Part shown: piece by piece, positions 5,958 through 14,422 of the stretch
How positions within the stretch are numbered: position 1 is the first letter of the stretch
Layout: every line of letters begins with the position of its first letter
DNA from: Candidatus Tremblayella phenacoccinincola
Lineage (GTDB): Bacteria; Pseudomonadota; Gammaproteobacteria; Burkholderiales; Burkholderiaceae
NCBI RefSeq assembly: GCF_002682985.1
Contig: NZ_MKGN01000002.1
Coordinates: 1-14,652 of the forward strand
DNA: 14,652 nt
Reading direction: 5' to 3'
Program-made: the position numbers and the translations under genes
Notes under the pieces: model-generated
The model's input: the letters and a program-made list of their open reading frames with translations, nothing else
Told to the model about the DNA's origin: nothing
Databases searched by the model: none

Positions 5958-7137
5958 GCTTCTCCTTATTTAGTATATTAGAAACATTAGCTATATCTTT
6001 ATCACCTCTACCAGATAAGTTAACCACAAATAGCTGCTTTTTATTTGGATTATCTTTAATAACTTTTAAGACATAAGCTATTGCATGAGAAGACTCTAAA
6101 GCTGGTATTATACCTTCATAATGAGACAGCTTTTTAAATGCTACTAATGCTTCATAGTCAGTAATAGAAATGTACCTAACACGTTTAACTTCATGTATAA
6201 AGGCATGTTGAGGACCAACTGAAGGGAAGTCAAGACCAGCAGATATGGAATATGAAGGCTTTATTTGTCCATTAGTAGTTTGTATTATAGGAGAGCTCAT
6301 TCCAAAATATATACCAAACCGACCTTTACTAACAGAAGAGCCATGCTTTTCAGTATTAACACCTTTTCCTCCAGGCTCAACACCTACTAAAGATACTCTA
6401 ATGTCTTTTATAAAGCTAGAAAATATACCAATAGCATTAGAGCCACCCCCAACACAAGCAGCTATTGAATCAGGATAACAGCTTTCATACATCAATAGTT
6501 GCTTTTTTAATTCCTCACCAATTAACCATTGAAACTCATGTACTAAAAAAGGAAATGGATAAGGTCCGGCAACAGTTCCTAACATATAATGTGAATAGCT
6601 ATAACTATTAGACCAATCTCGTAATGCTTCATTACAAGCATCTCTTAAAGTAGCAGAACCATTAAATACTGGGATAACTTTTGCTCCCATTAACTTCATT
6701 CTAAAAACATTAGGTGATTGTCTTTCCATATCTTTTGATCCCATATATACCCGACATCTTAAACTTAATAACGCAGATACTATTGAAGAAGCCACACCAT
6801 GTTGACCTGCCCCAGTTTCAGCTATAACTTCCTTTTTCCCCATATATTTAGCTAATAAAGCCTGCCCAATAACCTGATTTGTTTTATGAGCCCCTCCATG
6901 TAAAAGGTCCTCGCGTTTCAAATATAGCTTAGCATTAGAACCTAAAGTAATATTGTTACATAGTGTAAGTGGGGTTGCTCTTCCAGAAAAACAATTAAAT
7001 AACCTTCTAAACTCCAATTGAAATAGCCTATCATTTTTAGCCTTTATAAAAGTAGCTTCTAATTTAAATAGAGTAGGAATAAGAATCTGAGGTACGTGAA
7101 TACCCCCATACTTACCATAAAAGCAGTTAAACTTCAT
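5947..7137 (-). CDS. trpB: Tryptophan synthase beta chain
   Basis: The 396-aa ORF is very similar to enterobacterial TrpB: [76 protein letters not shown]. Confidence 0.97.
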   Translation of the reverse strand: MKFNCFYGKYGGIHVPQILIPTLFKLEATFIKAKNDRLFQLEFRRLFNCFSGRATPLTLCNNITLGSNAKLYLKREDLLHGGAHKTNQVIGQALLAKYMGKKEVIAETGAGQHGVASSIVSALLSLRCRVYMGSKDMERQSPNVFRMKLMGAKVIPVFNGSATLRDACNEALRDWSNSYSYSHYMLGTVAGPYPFPFLVHEFQWLIGEELKKQLLMYESCYPDSIAACVGGGSNAIGIFSSFIKDIRVSLVGVEPGGKGVNTEKHGSSVSKGRFGIYFGMSSPIIQTTNGQIKPSYSISAGLDFPSVGPQHAFIHEVKRVRYISITDYEALVAFKKLSHYEGIIPALESSHAIAYVLKVIKDNPNKKQLFVVNLSGRGDKDIANVSNILNKEKLET

Positions 7138-7203
7138 TATAGTTCTCTAATATATTAGTCACAATAAGTTAATATTAAAAGCATAGTTAATAAAAAGAAG
7201 TAT

Positions 7204-8571
7204 TTAAAAAGCTCTTATTCTTTCAAAAGAAGAATATAGTTTTATATAGCTTTTATTACCAAAGACCATTTCTAGTTTAGAATTAAAATCTAAGCCAAAG
7301 CAACCCAAACGAGCAGCATATAAACAGTTTAACTCTGACAAACCACCAGCTAAAATGACATCACATTTGTTTACACCATCAACTAAAGACCAATCAAATA
7401 GGTTCCCACATCCACCACCACTATCAAGTAAACAATTACTTATTTGATATATGCTTAAACCTGATAACTGAAACCTAACATTAAATGCTTTCCAAATAAG
7501 ACAAGAAAAAGGTAACTGTTGTCGCAATATATTTATGTAGTTTTGTTCTTCAAGACCATGTAGCTGTATAGCTTTAAGCTTAATAGATTTAGATATTAAG
7601 GATATAGCTGGTACTATCTTATTACTAAATACTCCCACATAAGCTAATGTTATAGCTGAAGAAATAAGGTTAGCTTTTGTTATAGTTAAATAACGAGAAG
7701 AGTCACCAATAAATATTAAACCACCATAAAAAGAACCAATAGTATAAACATTACTAATATCAACTTCATTTAATAAACCACATATCTTATTCTTTCCAAA
7801 AAGCATTCGATAAAAAGAAGTATTCAAATTAGACTCAGACATTATTGAAGTACCAATAAGAAACCCATTAACATAATAACTTAGGTTTACTATATCTTGA
7901 TAGTTTAAGATACCAGACTCACTAACAATAATAAGCTTAGTTGGTATCTCAGGAGTTAACTCAATTGTATTAGCAACACTAACTAAAAAGCTATCCAAGT
8001 TACGGTTATTTATACCGACTACTTTTATATTAAGTTTTAAAGTTCTTTGAAGTTCATAGCTATCTATTATTTCAGTTAATACACCCATATTTAACCTATT
8101 AGCTACTGAATATAACTCAATATAAAGACTATCTTTAAGAACTGACAACAGTAACAAAATAACATTAGCACCATAAAAACGAGATAGATATATTTGCCAT
8201 GTTTCAATAATAAAGTCTTTACATAATATAGGCTGTTTAACTAAACTACTAATTCTATATAGAAAGCTAAAGCTACCAAAGAAATGCTTCTCTTCAGTTA
8301 ATACAGATATTACTGAAGAACTGCTTTTACATAGCTTAGAAAATAGATGAAGCCTATAGTTAGAGAGTTTACCTATTTTGTTTTTAGATGGAGAATGGCT
8401 TTTGTATTCTATAATAACTATAGCTTTATTACTAGAAAGCACATTATAAAAGCTACGTTTATTTAACCTAATATATTGTTGAAACAAGTCTAAAAGCTGA
8501 TGGTTCTTATAGCTATATATCCAATGCTTTTTAGTTCTTATAATATTATTAAGCTTATGGTTATTAGACAA
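7204..8571 (-). CDS. trpC: Bifunctional indole-3-glycerol-phosphate synthase / phosphoribosylanthranilate isomerase
   Basis: The 455-aa ORF is collinear with the 452-aa fused E. coli TrpC(F): SVLTEEKHFFGSF, PILCKDFII..WQIY, VLTE, VVGINNRNL, ISESGI in the IGPS half, and YGGLIF, VGVF, IQLHG.EE, LDSGGG, LAGGL in the PRAI half. The apparent start is TTG (8571-8569), 8 nt after the trpD stop. Confidence 0.9.
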   Translation of the reverse strand: MSNNHKLNNIIRTKKHWIYSYKNHQLLDLFQQYIRLNKRSFYNVLSSNKAIVIIEYKSHSPSKNKIGKLSNYRLHLFSKLCKSSSSVISVLTEEKHFFGSFSFLYRISSLVKQPILCKDFIIETWQIYLSRFYGANVILLLLSVLKDSLYIELYSVANRLNMGVLTEIIDSYELQRTLKLNIKVVGINNRNLDSFLVSVANTIELTPEIPTKLIIVSESGILNYQDIVNLSYYVNGFLIGTSIMSESNLNTSFYRMLFGKNKICGLLNEVDISNVYTIGSFYGGLIFIGDSSRYLTITKANLISSAITLAYVGVFSNKIVPAISLISKSIKLKAIQLHGLEEQNYINILRQQLPFSCLIWKAFNVRFQLSGLSIYQISNCLLDSGGGCGNLFDWSLVDGVNKCDVILAGGLSELNCLYAARLGCFGLDFNSKLEMVFGNKSYIKLYSSFERIRAF

Positions 8572-8579
8572 TATGGTTA

Positions 8580-9578
8580 TTATAGGTTAGCTAAAGAACT
8601 AACTTTAGCATAAGGTTTACTACTAACTATCTCTTTTAGAGAGCTTCTAATAGCTTTTAATATAGACCTACTACTAAACAGCTTAAATAAAAGTGAGGTA
8701 TTACTAGCAATAGATATTATTCTTTGTCGGTTACCCTTGCCTTTTAGTAACCTATTTAAGCTATATAGCCTATAGCTATTGGATATGTTAAAGATATCTT
8801 CTACATATTGAATATCTAACTTAAAATCTAAGCTTGTTAATAAGTATTTAGTTATTAGTTTATTTTTAACTTCTATAGCTTTTGTTGGAAAATGTAATAC
8901 AAGTTCATCTAGTCCGCCTCCACATACAGATATAGCATAACAATAGTTAAATATTATTATTAGGTTAGTTATAAAAGCAAACAAATAACAATCATATATT
9001 CCTACTAGTATTAATGAAGGCATAGAAGGATTTATTAATGGACCAACTATATTAAATATTGTATTAACTTTAACCCTATTCCTTAACTTAATTAAAAGCT
9101 TTAGAGCAATGTGATAGTTTACTGCTAACAAAAAGCAATAGCTTGTTTTATCAAATACTAACCTAGAATGGACAGGAGCTATGTTTAAGCTTATATTAAA
9201 ATAGGCTATTAAGTCAGAAGAACCAACTCTATAGTTACTTCGGTTTCCATGCTTTATAATACTAACTCTACAACCTGATGCAACTATAGAACTAATTGTT
9301 GATATATTTAAGCTATTAGCAGCATCACCCCCAGTTCCAACTATATCACTAAATAGAGAATAAGGACGAGGAAACCATATAGAGTTAGCTAATAATGAAA
9401 TAATAATACCTAAAGCTTCATTCATATATTCACCACGTGCTTTTATATTATAAACCAATAATAATAACTCATTTACATAAAGACCATAAAAGCAGTTAGC
9501 CTTAAAGAAGTTCATAGCTCGATAATAAGATATGCTTCTACATTCTATAAAGTACTGTATATTAGGTTTAGTTTCCAT
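8580..9578 (-). CDS. trpD: Anthranilate phosphoribosyltransferase (stand-alone, not fused to TrpG)
   Basis: 332-aa ORF with an ATG start. DIVGTGGDAANSLNISTISS...KHGNRS matches the GTGGD / KHGNR signature of TrpD. Confidence 0.85.
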   Translation of the reverse strand: METKPNIQYFIECRSISYYRAMNFFKANCFYGLYVNELLLLVYNIKARGEYMNEALGIIISLLANSIWFPRPYSLFSDIVGTGGDAANSLNISTISSIVASGCRVSIIKHGNRSNYRVGSSDLIAYFNISLNIAPVHSRLVFDKTSYCFLLAVNYHIALKLLIKLRNRVKVNTIFNIVGPLINPSMPSLILVGIYDCYLFAFITNLIIIFNYCYAISVCGGGLDELVLHFPTKAIEVKNKLITKYLLTSLDFKLDIQYVEDIFNISNSYRLYSLNRLLKGKGNRQRIISIASNTSLLFKLFSSRSILKAIRSSLKEIVSSKPYAKVSSLANL

Positions 9579-9652
9579 ATAGTGTATGGCTCTCGGTATA
9601 TATAACTAATATATATAATAAGCTACTGCAGCTTTGGGGAAAAGGTATATAT

Positions 9653-9724
9653 TTCTCTGTAGTTCAGTGGCAGAACAGTGGACTGTTAATCCGCGTGGCA
9701 CTGGTTCGAGTCCAGTCAGAGGAG
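9653..9724 (+). tRNA. tRNA-Asn (anticodon GUU)
   Basis: TTCTCTGTAGTTCAGTGGCAGAACAGTGGACTGTTAATCCGCGTGGCACTGGTTCGAGTCCAGTCAGAGGAG is near-identical in layout to E. coli tRNA-Asn. The anticodon loop is CTGTTAA. No CCA. Confidence 0.95.
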
Positions 9725-9761
9725 TATCATAGTATATAGCTATATGTTATGTTATGTTGGA

Positions 9762-9833
9762 GGGCCGTTAGCTCAGTGGTAGAGCAGTTGACTTTTAATC
9801 AATTGGTCGCAGGTTCGAGACCTGCACGACTCA
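9762..9833 (+). tRNA. tRNA-Lys (anticodon UUU)
   Basis: GGGCCGTTAGCTCAGTGGTAGAGCAGTTGACTTTTAATCAATTGGTCGCAGGTTCGAGACCTGCACGACTCA is collinear with E. coli tRNA-Lys. The acceptor stem carries a C4.A69 mismatch and a G2.U71 pair. No CCA. Confidence 0.93.
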
Positions 9834-9899
9834 GTCACTCAGACACTCAAGCTATAGACAACCCATAAGCCTCCTATAAGAAACTCCATATAATAAGCA

Positions 9900-10859
9900 T
9901 TAAGCTACTGTATCGCCGCTATTAAATGCTTTCTTAGCTGTATTTATAAACCCATTGACTGATATTACAGACCTACCTTCTAATTGTATTTTAGATGCTG
10001 CTAATACACCAAACCCGGTAGCTATATATATTCCCCTTTTATTAACAGCTAATACTAGACCAGCCTTAAGTAGATTAGCCTTATATTCAACATAACCACC
10101 ATATGCTTCTATTATCTTTATTCTTAGGTTCCTAACATATAGAAAGCTACCAGGCCAACCTATAAAAGCACGACTATGGGACTCTAATATGAAAGCAGGT
10201 AAACACCAACTTAATAGACCTTCTTTTATATATACTTTATTAGCATAAACACCAGTCATTTCATCTTGGTAAACATATCTAATATTACCACTGAATAACA
10301 TTAACAAAAAGCCTCTTAACAATCTTATGCTTATTAAAACTAGCTTTCTACTTAAAGAAATAGCATTATCATTATAGCTTATTATACATGGCTTTTTAAG
10401 TAATATTGGACCATCATCTATCCCATTATCCATTTGTATAATAGAAACTCCTGTTTTATTATCACCAGAATATATAGCTCTTTGAATAGGCGCAGATCCT
10501 TTCCATCGGGGTAAAAGTGAATAATGAATATTAATACATCCAAACCTTGGTAGTCTTAATATATTAGTTGGCAAAGATAAACCATATGAAACAACTATTA
10601 TAACATCAGCTTTTATAGGCTTAATAATCCTAAATAGGTCTTCATTAAAACCTAATGACTGAAAAGAGTCTATATTATATTCTAATGCTATTTTTAAGGA
10701 TGGTCTTTCATATAGCTTATTATTTGAAAAGATAGGCTTAGTTAAGATAGCTATTATGTTGCACTTTAAACCTAATAGGCTTTTCAAATGATTCGCAGAT
10801 AACTCTGAACTACCAGCAAAAGCAATACGATAAGTCCTAAATAGTTCTTTAGTTAGCAT
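9900..10859 (-). CDS. fmt: Methionyl-tRNA formyltransferase
   Basis: 319 aa. HYSLLPRWKGSAPIQRAI..GD..TGVSIIQMD..IDDGPIL matches the Fmt core HGSLLPRWRGAAPIQR...GD.ETGV.IMQMD. The ATG directly abuts the def stop, preserving the def-fmt pair. Confidence 0.9.
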   Translation of the reverse strand: MLTKELFRTYRIAFAGSSELSANHLKSLLGLKCNIIAILTKPIFSNNKLYERPSLKIALEYNIDSFQSLGFNEDLFRIIKPIKADVIIVVSYGLSLPTNILRLPRFGCINIHYSLLPRWKGSAPIQRAIYSGDNKTGVSIIQMDNGIDDGPILLKKPCIISYNDNAISLSRKLVLISIRLLRGFLLMLFSGNIRYVYQDEMTGVYANKVYIKEGLLSWCLPAFILESHSRAFIGWPGSFLYVRNLRIKIIEAYGGYVEYKANLLKAGLVLAVNKRGIYIATGFGVLAASKIQLEGRSVISVNGFINTAKKAFNSGDTVA

Positions 10860-11291
10860 TTATCTATATATATTTAGAAACCCAAATAGATGTTCTACTT
10901 CATGTTGAATACATATAGATAATATACCATTAGCTTTTATTCTATACATATATCCTTTTACATCAAAGGTCCCAATACATATGCTTTTAGTCCTAACTAC
11001 AAAGCCTACAATGTTAGGAATAGATAAACAGGCTTCTTCAGAATAATCTTTTCCACTGCCTTCCAATAGAACAGGGTTAACTAAAACAACCTTAGTCTTA
11101 GAGCTTTCAATAACAATAAGCTGTTTATGTATATCAACCTGAGTAGCAGCAAGACCAATGGCTTTATTAAAATACATAGTTTCAAACATATCGTTTATTA
11201 GCTTAACTATATTATTATCGAACTTAACAACAGTCTCTGACGGGTTCTTTAGCTTTTCATCTGGGTATTTCAGTATATTTAATAAAACCAT
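10860..11291 (-). CDS. def: Peptide deformylase (short, 143 aa)
   Basis: From the ATG at 11291 the protein reads MVLLNILKYPDEKL.... It carries the three Def motifs GLAATQVD, EACLSIP (EGCLS variant) and QHEVEH (QHExxH). The tracked ORF extends upstream to 11498 only by reading through two tRNA genes. Confidence 0.9.
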   Translation of the reverse strand: MVLLNILKYPDEKLKNPSETVVKFDNNIVKLINDMFETMYFNKAIGLAATQVDIHKQLIVIESSKTKVVLVNPVLLEGSGKDYSEEACLSIPNIVGFVVRTKSICIGTFDVKGYMYRIKANGILSICIQHEVEHLFGFLNIYR

Positions 11292-11344
11292 GGAATGCCT
11301 AACTCCCCCAGCTATGTAGTTCTTTGGTAAAAGAGATGTTATAA

Positions 11345-11426
11345 TACTCGAAGCGAGGCTTGAACTCGCACAGCAGAAGCCGAGGGATTTTAAGTCCCTT
11401 GTGTCTACCAGTTTCACCATTCGAGC
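11345..11426 (-). tRNA. tRNA-Leu (anticodon UAA), class II
   Basis: Minus strand reads GCTCGAATGGTGAAACTGGTAGACACAAGGGACTTAAAATCCCTCGGCTTCTGCTGTGCGAGTTCAAGCCTCGCTTCGAGTA and is collinear with E. coli tRNA-Leu(UAA). The anticodon loop is CTTAAAA. No CCA. Confidence 0.93.
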
Positions 11427-11441
11427 TAAAGCTAAGACATA

Positions 11442-11512
11442 AGGCGTGTCCCGGAATTGAACCGAGGTTTTTGGGTTTGCAGTCCAATACATAACCATTC
11501 TGTCAACACGCC
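11442..11512 (-). tRNA. tRNA-Cys (anticodon GCA)
   Basis: Minus strand reads GGCGTGTTGACAGAATGGTTATGTATTGGACTGCAAACCCAAAAACCTCGGTTCAATTCCGGGACACGCCT and is collinear with E. coli tRNA-Cys. The U73 discriminator is present. There is an A31.C39 mismatch. No CCA. Confidence 0.9.
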
Positions 11513-11586
11513 AGCTAACATCACATAAAGACTATAATATACCAATATAGTGCCTAATAATATACAACAAGAAGCTAGGAGTATAT

Positions 11587-13467
11587 ATGTTAAATAGAAG
11601 CAGCTTTGACGTTATTATTATTGGTGGGGGTCATGCTGGAATAGAAGCATCAGTAGCTTCATCTAAAATGGGATGTAAAACACTTTTATTAACACAATCT
11701 ATACTAACTATAGGAAAGCTGTCTTGCAACCCAGCTATTGGAGGAATAGGTAAGGGTCATTTAGTTAAAGAAGTTGCTGCATTGGGTGGAGTAATGGCAA
11801 AAGCTATAGATAACTCTGGAATTCAGTTTAAAACTATAAACTCTAGTAAAGGACCTGCTGTTCAATCAACAAGAGCTCAAGCTGATAAGTCTCTATATAA
11901 TAAAGAAGTATATAGTATCTTAAAAGCCCAAAAAGATCTTACAATTCTATCTCAAGAAGTAAAAGAGCTAGTCCTAAAAAGATATAAGATAATCGGAGTT
12001 ATAACGGCTAAAGAGTTAGTATTTAATGCTGAAGCAGTCATATTAACAGCTGGTACTTTTATGAATGGTAAGCTATCTATTGGGAAAAGCTATTTTAGTG
12101 GTGGAAGAGTTGGTAATAAGTCATCTAAGTTACTACCAATGTTTCTAAATAGGTTACCATTAAAACTAAATAGGTTAAAAACTGGGACTCCACCTCGTTT
12201 AGATATTAATAGCATTAACTTTAAGATATTAGAAACACAATATAGTGACTACCCACTTCCATGCTTTTCTTTTTATAAAGACCTTACTAAAAGTATCAGA
12301 CAGGTTCCTTGTTATATAACAAAGACTAATAAGATAACTCATGAAGTCATAGCTAGTAATATTGAATATAGTCCGTTGTATAATGGAAATATAAAAAGCA
12401 TCGGACCTCGTTATTGTCCTTCTATAGAAGATAAAGTTGTAAGGTTTTATAATAAGTCTTCACATCAGATATTTCTAGAACCAGAAGGCCTAACTAGTAA
12501 TAAAGTATATCCAAATGGGTTATCTACTTGTTTACCATACAATATACAAAGATATATAGTAAGAACAATAAAAGGATTAGAAAAAGCACATATTATATCA
12601 CCTGGCTACGCAATTGAATATGACTTTATTAATCCTATAGATCTTAAACTAAGCTTAGAAAGTAAACTAATTAAAGGCTTATTCCTTGCTGGACAAGTTA
12701 ATGGTAGCACGGGTTACGAAGAAGCAGCAGGTCAAGGAGTTATAGCAGGAATAAATGCTGCTAGAATGTGTCTTAATAAAGAAGCTTGGACACCACGTCG
12801 AGATCAAGCTTATTTAGGAGTATTATTAGATGACTTATGCACACAAGGAGCTGAAGAACCATATAGACTATTTACTTCAAGGGCAGAATATAGACTAATA
12901 TTACGAGAAGACAATGCAGATCTCAGGCTAACTGAAATAGGACGAAAGCTTGGTTTGATTAGTGATTCTCATTGGAGAAGCTATTGTACAAAGGCTAATA
13001 ATATAGAAGCTATACACCAAAAGCTAAAAGAAGCTTTCATATATCCAAATACAAAAGCTAGTAGCTATATAAATAATCTTATAGTAAACCCATTACTAAA
13101 AGAAGTTAGCTGTAAATGCTTACTAAAAAGACCATCTATAACATATAATATGCTATTAACTACAAAAGGGTTTCCATATATTGATGTATATGCTTTTAAA
13201 GAGGTTGAAATACAAATTAAATACTCTGGCTATATTGTTCGACAATATGAAGCTGTTAAACGTAACATAAGTAATGAGCTAATAAAGATGCCTTATAATA
13301 TTGAATATAATAATATACCTGGCTTATCTAATGAAGCTACTGAAAAACTAAACAAGCATCACCCATCAACTATTGGGCAGGCTTCAAGAATATCTGGTAT
13401 TACACCTGTTGTCATTTCTATGCTTTTAATTTGGTTGAGGAAACACAATATGTTAAAAGTACATTGA
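11587..13467 (+). CDS. mnmG: tRNA uridine-5-carboxymethylaminomethyl modification enzyme MnmG (GidA)
   Basis: 626 aa with strong similarity to E. coli MnmG: FDVIIIGGGHAG.EA, SCNPAIGGIGKGHLVKEV.ALGG.MAKAID..GIQF, GPRYCPSIEDK, FLAGQ.NG..GYEEAA.QG. AGGAG (11577-11581) lies 5 nt upstream of the ATG. Confidence 0.97.
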   Translation: MLNRSSFDVIIIGGGHAGIEASVASSKMGCKTLLLTQSILTIGKLSCNPAIGGIGKGHLVKEVAALGGVMAKAIDNSGIQFKTINSSKGPAVQSTRAQADKSLYNKEVYSILKAQKDLTILSQEVKELVLKRYKIIGVITAKELVFNAEAVILTAGTFMNGKLSIGKSYFSGGRVGNKSSKLLPMFLNRLPLKLNRLKTGTPPRLDINSINFKILETQYSDYPLPCFSFYKDLTKSIRQVPCYITKTNKITHEVIASNIEYSPLYNGNIKSIGPRYCPSIEDKVVRFYNKSSHQIFLEPEGLTSNKVYPNGLSTCLPYNIQRYIVRTIKGLEKAHIISPGYAIEYDFINPIDLKLSLESKLIKGLFLAGQVNGSTGYEEAAGQGVIAGINAARMCLNKEAWTPRRDQAYLGVLLDDLCTQGAEEPYRLFTSRAEYRLILREDNADLRLTEIGRKLGLISDSHWRSYCTKANNIEAIHQKLKEAFIYPNTKASSYINNLIVNPLLKEVSCKCLLKRPSITYNMLLTTKGFPYIDVYAFKEVEIQIKYSGYIVRQYEAVKRNISNELIKMPYNIEYNNIPGLSNEATEKLNKHHPSTIGQASRISGITPVVISMLLIWLRKHNMLKVH

Positions 13468-13515
13468 TATATAGACATGTTGTTAACAGGCTGTCTAAGG
13501 TTCTTTTATGGTTTA

Positions 13516-13524
13516 TGTTATAAT
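13516..13524 (+). promoter_or_regulatory. Candidate extended -10 element TGTTATAAT upstream of rlmE
   Basis: Matches TGnTATAAT and lies 36 nt upstream of the rlmE ATG in the mnmG-rlmE spacer. AT-rich genomes contain many chance TATAAT hexamers. Confidence 0.25.
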
Positions 13525-13559
13525 GTTGCTGCTTTTATATAAAGGACTATAAGTTAATA

Positions 13560-14171
13560 ATGTATTTAAAGCTCTTAATTAAGACAACTAAAAGCATTGA
13601 TTATTATACATTAAAAGCAATTAAGTTAGGACTCCGTTCTCGAGCTTGGTTTAAGCTAGATGATATTCAAAAAGCTGATAACATATTAAAACCAGGAATG
13701 ACAGTAGTAGAGCTTGGTTCTAATCCGGGAGGATGGTCAGAATATGTGTTGGATAAAATAGGTAAACAAGGTTCAATCATAGCCTGTGATATACTACCTA
13801 TGGATAATCTAAAAGGGGTCTATTTTATACAAGGAAACTGCTTTGATATAGCTACTCTAGAAAAGATATACTTAAAAACAAAAGACTCCAAAGCTGACGT
13901 AGTTATATCAGATATGTCTCCAGCTATTACAGGCATACCTTCTATTGACATTCCTAAAACAATAGAACTTATAAAGATAGCTTTAAAAATAGGTTTAACT
14001 ATTCTAAAACCAGGAGGTAGTCTTCTAGTAAAAGCATTTCAAGGAGAAAGGATTGCTAATATCTATAATAAGCTAAGAACTATATTTAATAAGGTTAACA
14101 TACGAACCCCAAAAGCTTCTCATATATTTTCTAGAGAGGCCTATATTGTAGCTAAAGAGATAGGCTTATAG
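13560..14171 (+). CDS. rlmE: 23S rRNA (uridine2552-2'-O)-methyltransferase RlmE (FtsJ)
   Basis: 203 aa. GLRSRAWFKLD.IQ..D...KPGMTVV.LG..PGGWS.YV, IIACDILPMD, SDM.P...G....DIP and LKPGGS..VK.FQGE match E. coli RlmE almost block for block. Confidence 0.93.
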   Translation: MYLKLLIKTTKSIDYYTLKAIKLGLRSRAWFKLDDIQKADNILKPGMTVVELGSNPGGWSEYVLDKIGKQGSIIACDILPMDNLKGVYFIQGNCFDIATLEKIYLKTKDSKADVVISDMSPAITGIPSIDIPKTIELIKIALKIGLTILKPGGSLLVKAFQGERIANIYNKLRTIFNKVNIRTPKASHIFSREAYIVAKEIGL

Positions 14172-14235
14172 TTAGCATTTATAGGGATACTTTTGTTGAT
14201 AGCTCTTCAAAGGAAGGAGGGAGAAAGTGTTTAAT

Positions 14236-14319
14236 ACCGAGGTGGCGAAATAGGTAGTCGCGTTACTTTGAGGTGGTAATGCTTTTATAAGTATACGGGT
14301 TCAAGTCCCGTCCTCGGTA
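14236..14319 (+). tRNA. tRNA-Leu (anticodon GAG), class II
   Basis: ACCGAGGTGGCGAAATAGGTAGTCGCGTTACTTTGAGGTGGTAATGCTTTTATAAGTATACGGGTTCAAGTCCCGTCCTCGGTA is collinear with E. coli tRNA-Leu(GAG). The anticodon loop is TTGAGGT. The first pair is A1-U72. No CCA. Confidence 0.93.
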
Positions 14320-14347
14320 TTATATAATAAACATAATACGCATCTAA

Positions 14348-14422
14348 AGCGGAGTGGAGCAGGCTTGGCAGCTCATCGGGCTCATAACCCGAAGGACGTT
14401 GGTTCAATTCCAACCTCCGCAT
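14348..14422 (+). tRNA. Initiator tRNA-fMet (anticodon CAU)
   Basis: AGCGGAGTGGAGCAGGCTTGGCAGCTCATCGGGCTCATAACCCGAAGGACGTTGGTTCAATTCCAACCTCCGCAT. The initiator hallmarks are present: an unpaired 1:72 position (A x A here), an A11:U24 pair, and three consecutive G-C pairs (GGG/CCC) closing the anticodon stem. No CCA. Confidence 0.9.

Noticed and set aside
6245-6478. 77-aa plus-strand ORF
   Set aside because: It is antisense to, and wholly inside, the highly conserved trpB gene, with no recognisable similarity.
10850-10863. 14-nt direct repeat TAGTTAGCATTTAT, also at 14169-14182
   Set aside because: About one or more chance 14-mer matches are expected in 14.6 kb of AT-biased sequence. The two copies sit in unrelated contexts (the def/fmt junction and the rlmE stop), with no flanking similarity.
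11292-11498. N-terminal 69 codons of the tracked def ORF, and the nested 62-aa ORF 11299-11487
   Set aside because: Both read straight through tRNA-Leu(UAA) and tRNA-Cys on the same strand. Def homology starts at the ATG at 11291.
11513-11586. Possible replication origin next to mnmG (gidA), or next to dnaN/rpmH (382-481)
   Set aside because: The spacers are only 74 and 100 nt. I found no TTATCCACA-type DnaA boxes or AT-rich 13-mer repeats. The only near-box (TGGTGGATAA at ~2637) is inside rpoD. A TATAAT at 11533-11538 is more simply the mnmG promoter.
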